Positions 60,113-64,000 of a stretch of 64,000 nucleotides of DNA are shown piece by piece (the stretch's first letter is position 1; every line of letters starts with the position of its first letter). The DNA comes from Scyliorhinus canicula. Its lineage: Eukaryota. The DNA lies in contig NC_052151.1 in NCBI RefSeq assembly GCF_902713615.1, positions 201,589,703 to 201,653,702 on the forward strand, in the 5' to 3' direction. Below the pieces are notes generated by a model that ran no database searches, was not told where the DNA came from, and saw nothing but the letters and a program-made list of their open reading frames with translations. The position numbers and the translations under genes are program-made.

Positions 60113-63100
60113 ACAGAGGGTCAGTAATGAGGGGGTGCTGCACTGTCAGAGGGTCAGTACTGAGGGAGCGCGGCACTGTCAGAGGGTCAGTACTGAGGGA
60201 GTGCTGCACTGTCAGAGGATCAGTACTGAGGGAGTGCTGCACTGTCAGAGGGTCAGTACTGAGGGAGCGCCGCACTGTCAGAGGGTCAGCACTGAGGGAG
60301 TGCTGCACTGTCAGAGGGTCAGTACTGAGGGAGTGCCGCACTGTCAGAGGATCAGTACTGAGGGAGTGCTGCACTGTCAGAGGGTCAGTACTGAGGGAGT
60401 GCTGCACTGTCAGAGGGTCAGTACTGAGGGAGTGCTGCACTGTCAGAGGGTCAGTACTGAGGCAGTGCTGCACTGTCAGAGGGTCAGTACTGAGGGAGCG
60501 CTGCACTGTCAGAGGATCAGTACTCAGGGAGTGCTGCACTGTCAGAGGGTCAGTACTGAAGGAGTGCTGCACTGTCAGAGGGTCAGTACTGAGGGAGGGC
60601 TGCACTGTCAGAGAGTCAGAACTGAGGGAATGCCGCACTGTCAGAGGGTCAGTACTGAGTGAGTGCTGCACTGTCAGAGGGTCAGTACTGAGGGAGTGCT
60701 GCACTGTCAGAGGGTCAGTACTGAGGGAGTGCTGTACTGTCAGAGGGTCAGTACTGAGGGAGTGCAGCACTGTGAGAGAGTCAGTACTGATGAGTGCTGT
60801 ACGGTCAGAGGGTCAGTTCTGAGGGAGCGCTGTACTGTCAGAGGGTCAGTACTGAGGGAGTGCTGCACTGTCAGAGGTTCAGTACTGAGGGAGTGCTGCA
60901 CTGTCAGAGGGTCAGTACTGAGGGAGTGCTGCACTGTCAGAGGGTCAGTACTGAGGAAGTGCTGCACTGTCAGAGGGTCAGTACTGAGGGAGTGCTGCAC
61001 TGTCAGAGGGTCAGTACTGAGGGAGTGCTGCACTGTCAGAGGGTCAGTATTAAGGGAGCACTGCACTGTCAGAGGGTCAGTACTGAGGGAGTGCTATACT
61101 GTCGGAGAGTCAGTACTGAGGGAGTGCTGCACTGTCTGAGGGTCAGTACTGAGGGAGAGCTGCACTGTCTCATGGTCAGTACTGAGGGAGTGCTGCACTG
61201 TCAGAGGGTCAGTACTGAGGGAGTGCTGCACTGTCAGAGGGTCAGTACTGAGGGAGTGCTGCACTGTCACAGTGTCAGTTCTGAGGGAGTGCTGCACTGT
61301 CAGAGGGTCAGTACTGAGGGAGTGCTGTACTGTCAGAGGGTCAGTACTGAGGGAGCGCTGCACTGTCACAGGATCAGTACTGAGGGAGTGCTGCACTGTC
61401 AGAGGGTCAGTACTGAGGGAGTGCTGCAGTGTCAGAGGGTCAGTACTGAGGGAGAGCCGCACTGTCAGAGGGTCAGTACTGAGGGAGTGCTGCACTGTCA
61501 GAGGGTCAGTACTGAGGGAGTACTGCACTGTCAGAGGGTCAGTACTGAGGGACTGCCGCACTGTCAGAGGGTCAGTACAGAGGGAGTGCTGCACTGTCAG
61601 AGAGTTAGTACTGAGGGAGTGCTGCACTGTCAGAGGGTCAGTACTGAGGAAGCACTGCACGGTGAGAGAGTCAGTACTGATGAGTGCTGTACGGTCAGAG
61701 GGTCAGTTCTGAGGGAGCGCTGTACTGTCAGAGGGACAGTACTGAGGGAGCGCTGCACTGTCAGAGGGTCAGTACTGAGGGAGTGCTGCACTGTCAGAGG
61801 GTCAGTACTGAGGGAGTGCTGCACTGTCAGAGGTTCAGTACTGAGCGAGTGCTGCACTGTCAGAGGTTCAGTACTGAGCGAGTGCTGCACTGTCAGAGGG
61901 TCAGTACTGAGGGAGTGCTGCACTGTCAGAGGGTCAATACTGAGGGAGCTCTGCACTGTCAGAGGGTCAGTACTGAGGGAGTGCTGCACTGTCAGAGGGT
62001 CAGTACTGAGGGAGTGCTGCACTGTCAGAGGGTCAGTACTGAGAGGATGCTGCACTGTCAGAGAGTCAGTACTGAGGGAGTGCTGCACCATCAGAGGGTC
62101 AGTACTGAGGGAGTGCTGCACTGTCAGAAGGTCAGTATTAAGGGAGCACTGCACTGTCAGAGGGTCAGTACTGAGGGAGTGCTGCACTGTCAGAGGGTCA
62201 GTACTGAGGGAGTGCTGCACTGTCAGAGGGCCAGTACTGAGGGAGCGCTGCACTGTCGGACGGTCAGTACTGAGGAAGCGCTGCACTGTCAGAGGGTCAG
62301 TACTGAGGGAGTGCTGCATTGTCAGAGGGTCAGTACTGAGGGAGTGCTGCACTGTCAGAGCGTCAGTGCTGAGGGAGAGCTGCACTTTCAGAGGGTCAGT
62401 ACTGAGGGAGTGCCTCACTGTCAGAGGGCCAGTACTGAGGGAGTGCTATACTGTCAGAGAGTCAGTACTGAGGGAGTGCTGCACTGTCTGAGGGTCAGTA
62501 CTGAGGGAGAGCTGCACTGTCTCAGGGTCAGTACTGAGGGAGTGGTGCACTGTCACAGGGCCAGTACTGAGGGAGTGCTGTACTGTCAGAGGGTCAGTAC
62601 TGAGGGAGTGCTGTACTGTCAGAGGGTCAGTACTGAGGGAGCGCTGCACTGTCACAGGATCAGTACTGAGGGAGTGCTGCACTGTCAGAGGGTCAGTACT
62701 GAGGGAGTGCTGCACTGTCAGAGGGTCATAGAACATAGAACAGTACAGCACAGAACAGGCCCTTCAGCCCTCGATGTTTTGCCGAGCAATGATCACCCTA
62801 CTCAAACCCATGTATCCACCCTATACCCGTAACCCAACAAACCCCCCCCCCCAACCTTACTTTTTAGGACACTATGGGCAATTTAGCATGTCCAATCCAC
62901 CTAACCCGCAGATCTTTGGACTGTGGGAGGTAACCGGAGCACCCGGAGGAAACCCACGCACACACGGGGAGGACATGCAGACTCCGCACAGACAGTCACC
63001 CAGCCGAGAACCGAACCTGGGACCCTGGAGCTGTGAAGCATTTATGCTAACCACCATGCTACCGTGCTGCCCCTGAGCAGTACTCCCTCAGTACTGAGGG

Positions 63101-63655
63101 AGTGCTGCACTATCAGAGGGTCAGTACTGAGGGAGTGCTGCACTGTTAGAGGGTCAGTACTGAGGGAGTGCGGCACTGTTAGAGAGTCAGTACTGAGGGA
63201 GTGCTGCACTGCCAGAGGGTCAGTACTGAGGGAGTGCTGCACTGTCAGAGGGTCAGTACTGAAAGAGTGCTGCACTGTCAGAGGGTCAGTACTGAGGGAG
63301 TGCTGCACTGTCAGGGACAGTACTGAGGGAGTGCTGCACTGTCAGAGGGTCAGTACTGAGGGAGTGCTGCACTGTTAGTGGGTCAGTACTGAGAGAGTGC
63401 TGCACTGTCAGAGGGTCAGTACTGAGGGAGTGCTGCACTGTCAGAGGGTCAGTACTGAGGGAGTGCTGCACTGTTAGGGGGTCAGTACTGAGGGAGTGCT
63501 GCACTGTTAGGGGGTCAGTACTGAGAGAGTGCTGCACTGTTAGGGGGTCAGTACTGAGAGAGTGCTGCATTGTCAGAGGGTCAGTACTGAGGGAGTGCTG
63601 CACTGTTAGTGGGTCAGTACTGAGAGAGTGCTGCACTATCAGAGGGTCAGTGCTC
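60113..63655. repeat. 33-bp satellite in intron 1 of copy B
   Basis: Same unit and same start position relative to the IgV exon as in copy A. Confidence 0.97.
62727..63072 (-). mobile_element. V-SINE inserted into the 33-bp satellite
   Basis: Full-length SINE between satellite units. Confidence 0.92.
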
Positions 63656-64000
63656 GGGTTGCGCTGACACTAATAAAACTTATTATTATTATTCAAAGCT
63701 GAAGATAGGGGGAAATGTTTAAGGGGAGGGGGCGGGGAGGGAAATAGTAGGTCCGTGATAGGTTGGAGCTGGGAGGGATTGCCCTATGATGTCATGGGGA
63801 CAAGACAGGGAAGTGTTAACGACAGTGTTACAGACTGGAGAAGGTGGCAATAGTGGCAGAAAGGCAAGATGGCAGAAACGGAGGGGACGGGGTGGTGGGG
63901 TGGGGGGGGCGGGGGGTGGGGTGGGGGGGGTGGGGTGGGGGGGATTATATTTATATAAGACTGTATTTCGGGCAGTGAAGGAATCAGGGAATGTGGGACA

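Overview
Vertebrate genomic DNA, almost certainly a cartilaginous fish. It carries V-SINE/HE1-like and SacSINE1-like SINEs, CR1 and Penelope relics; a catshark-type genome is my inference. Most of the window is repeats: nested Ty3/Gypsy LTR elements, five solo LTRs, SINEs, CR1 fragments and four large minisatellite arrays. Embedded on the minus strand are two tandem paralogues of a CD2/SLAM-family immunoglobulin receptor. Copy A has leader 36612-36669, Cys-less IgV 25265-25594, four-Cys IgC2 24716-25006, TM 8123-8248 and a possible cytoplasmic exon near 1227-1259. Copy B has IgV 59611-59940, IgC2 58691-58981 and TM 53390-53536; its leader lies beyond the window. All these exons join in phase 1 with canonical GT-AG sites. 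The copies differ mainly on the predicted ligand-binding face of the IgV domain and in the TM segment, where only copy B has a Lys. This suggests, by inference only, a diversifying or paired-receptor cluster. A sense-oriented solo LTR sits 76 bp upstream of the copy A start codon. The long ORFs in the satellites are repeat artefacts. Boundaries of decayed repeats are approximate and family names come from recalled consensus, not a database search.
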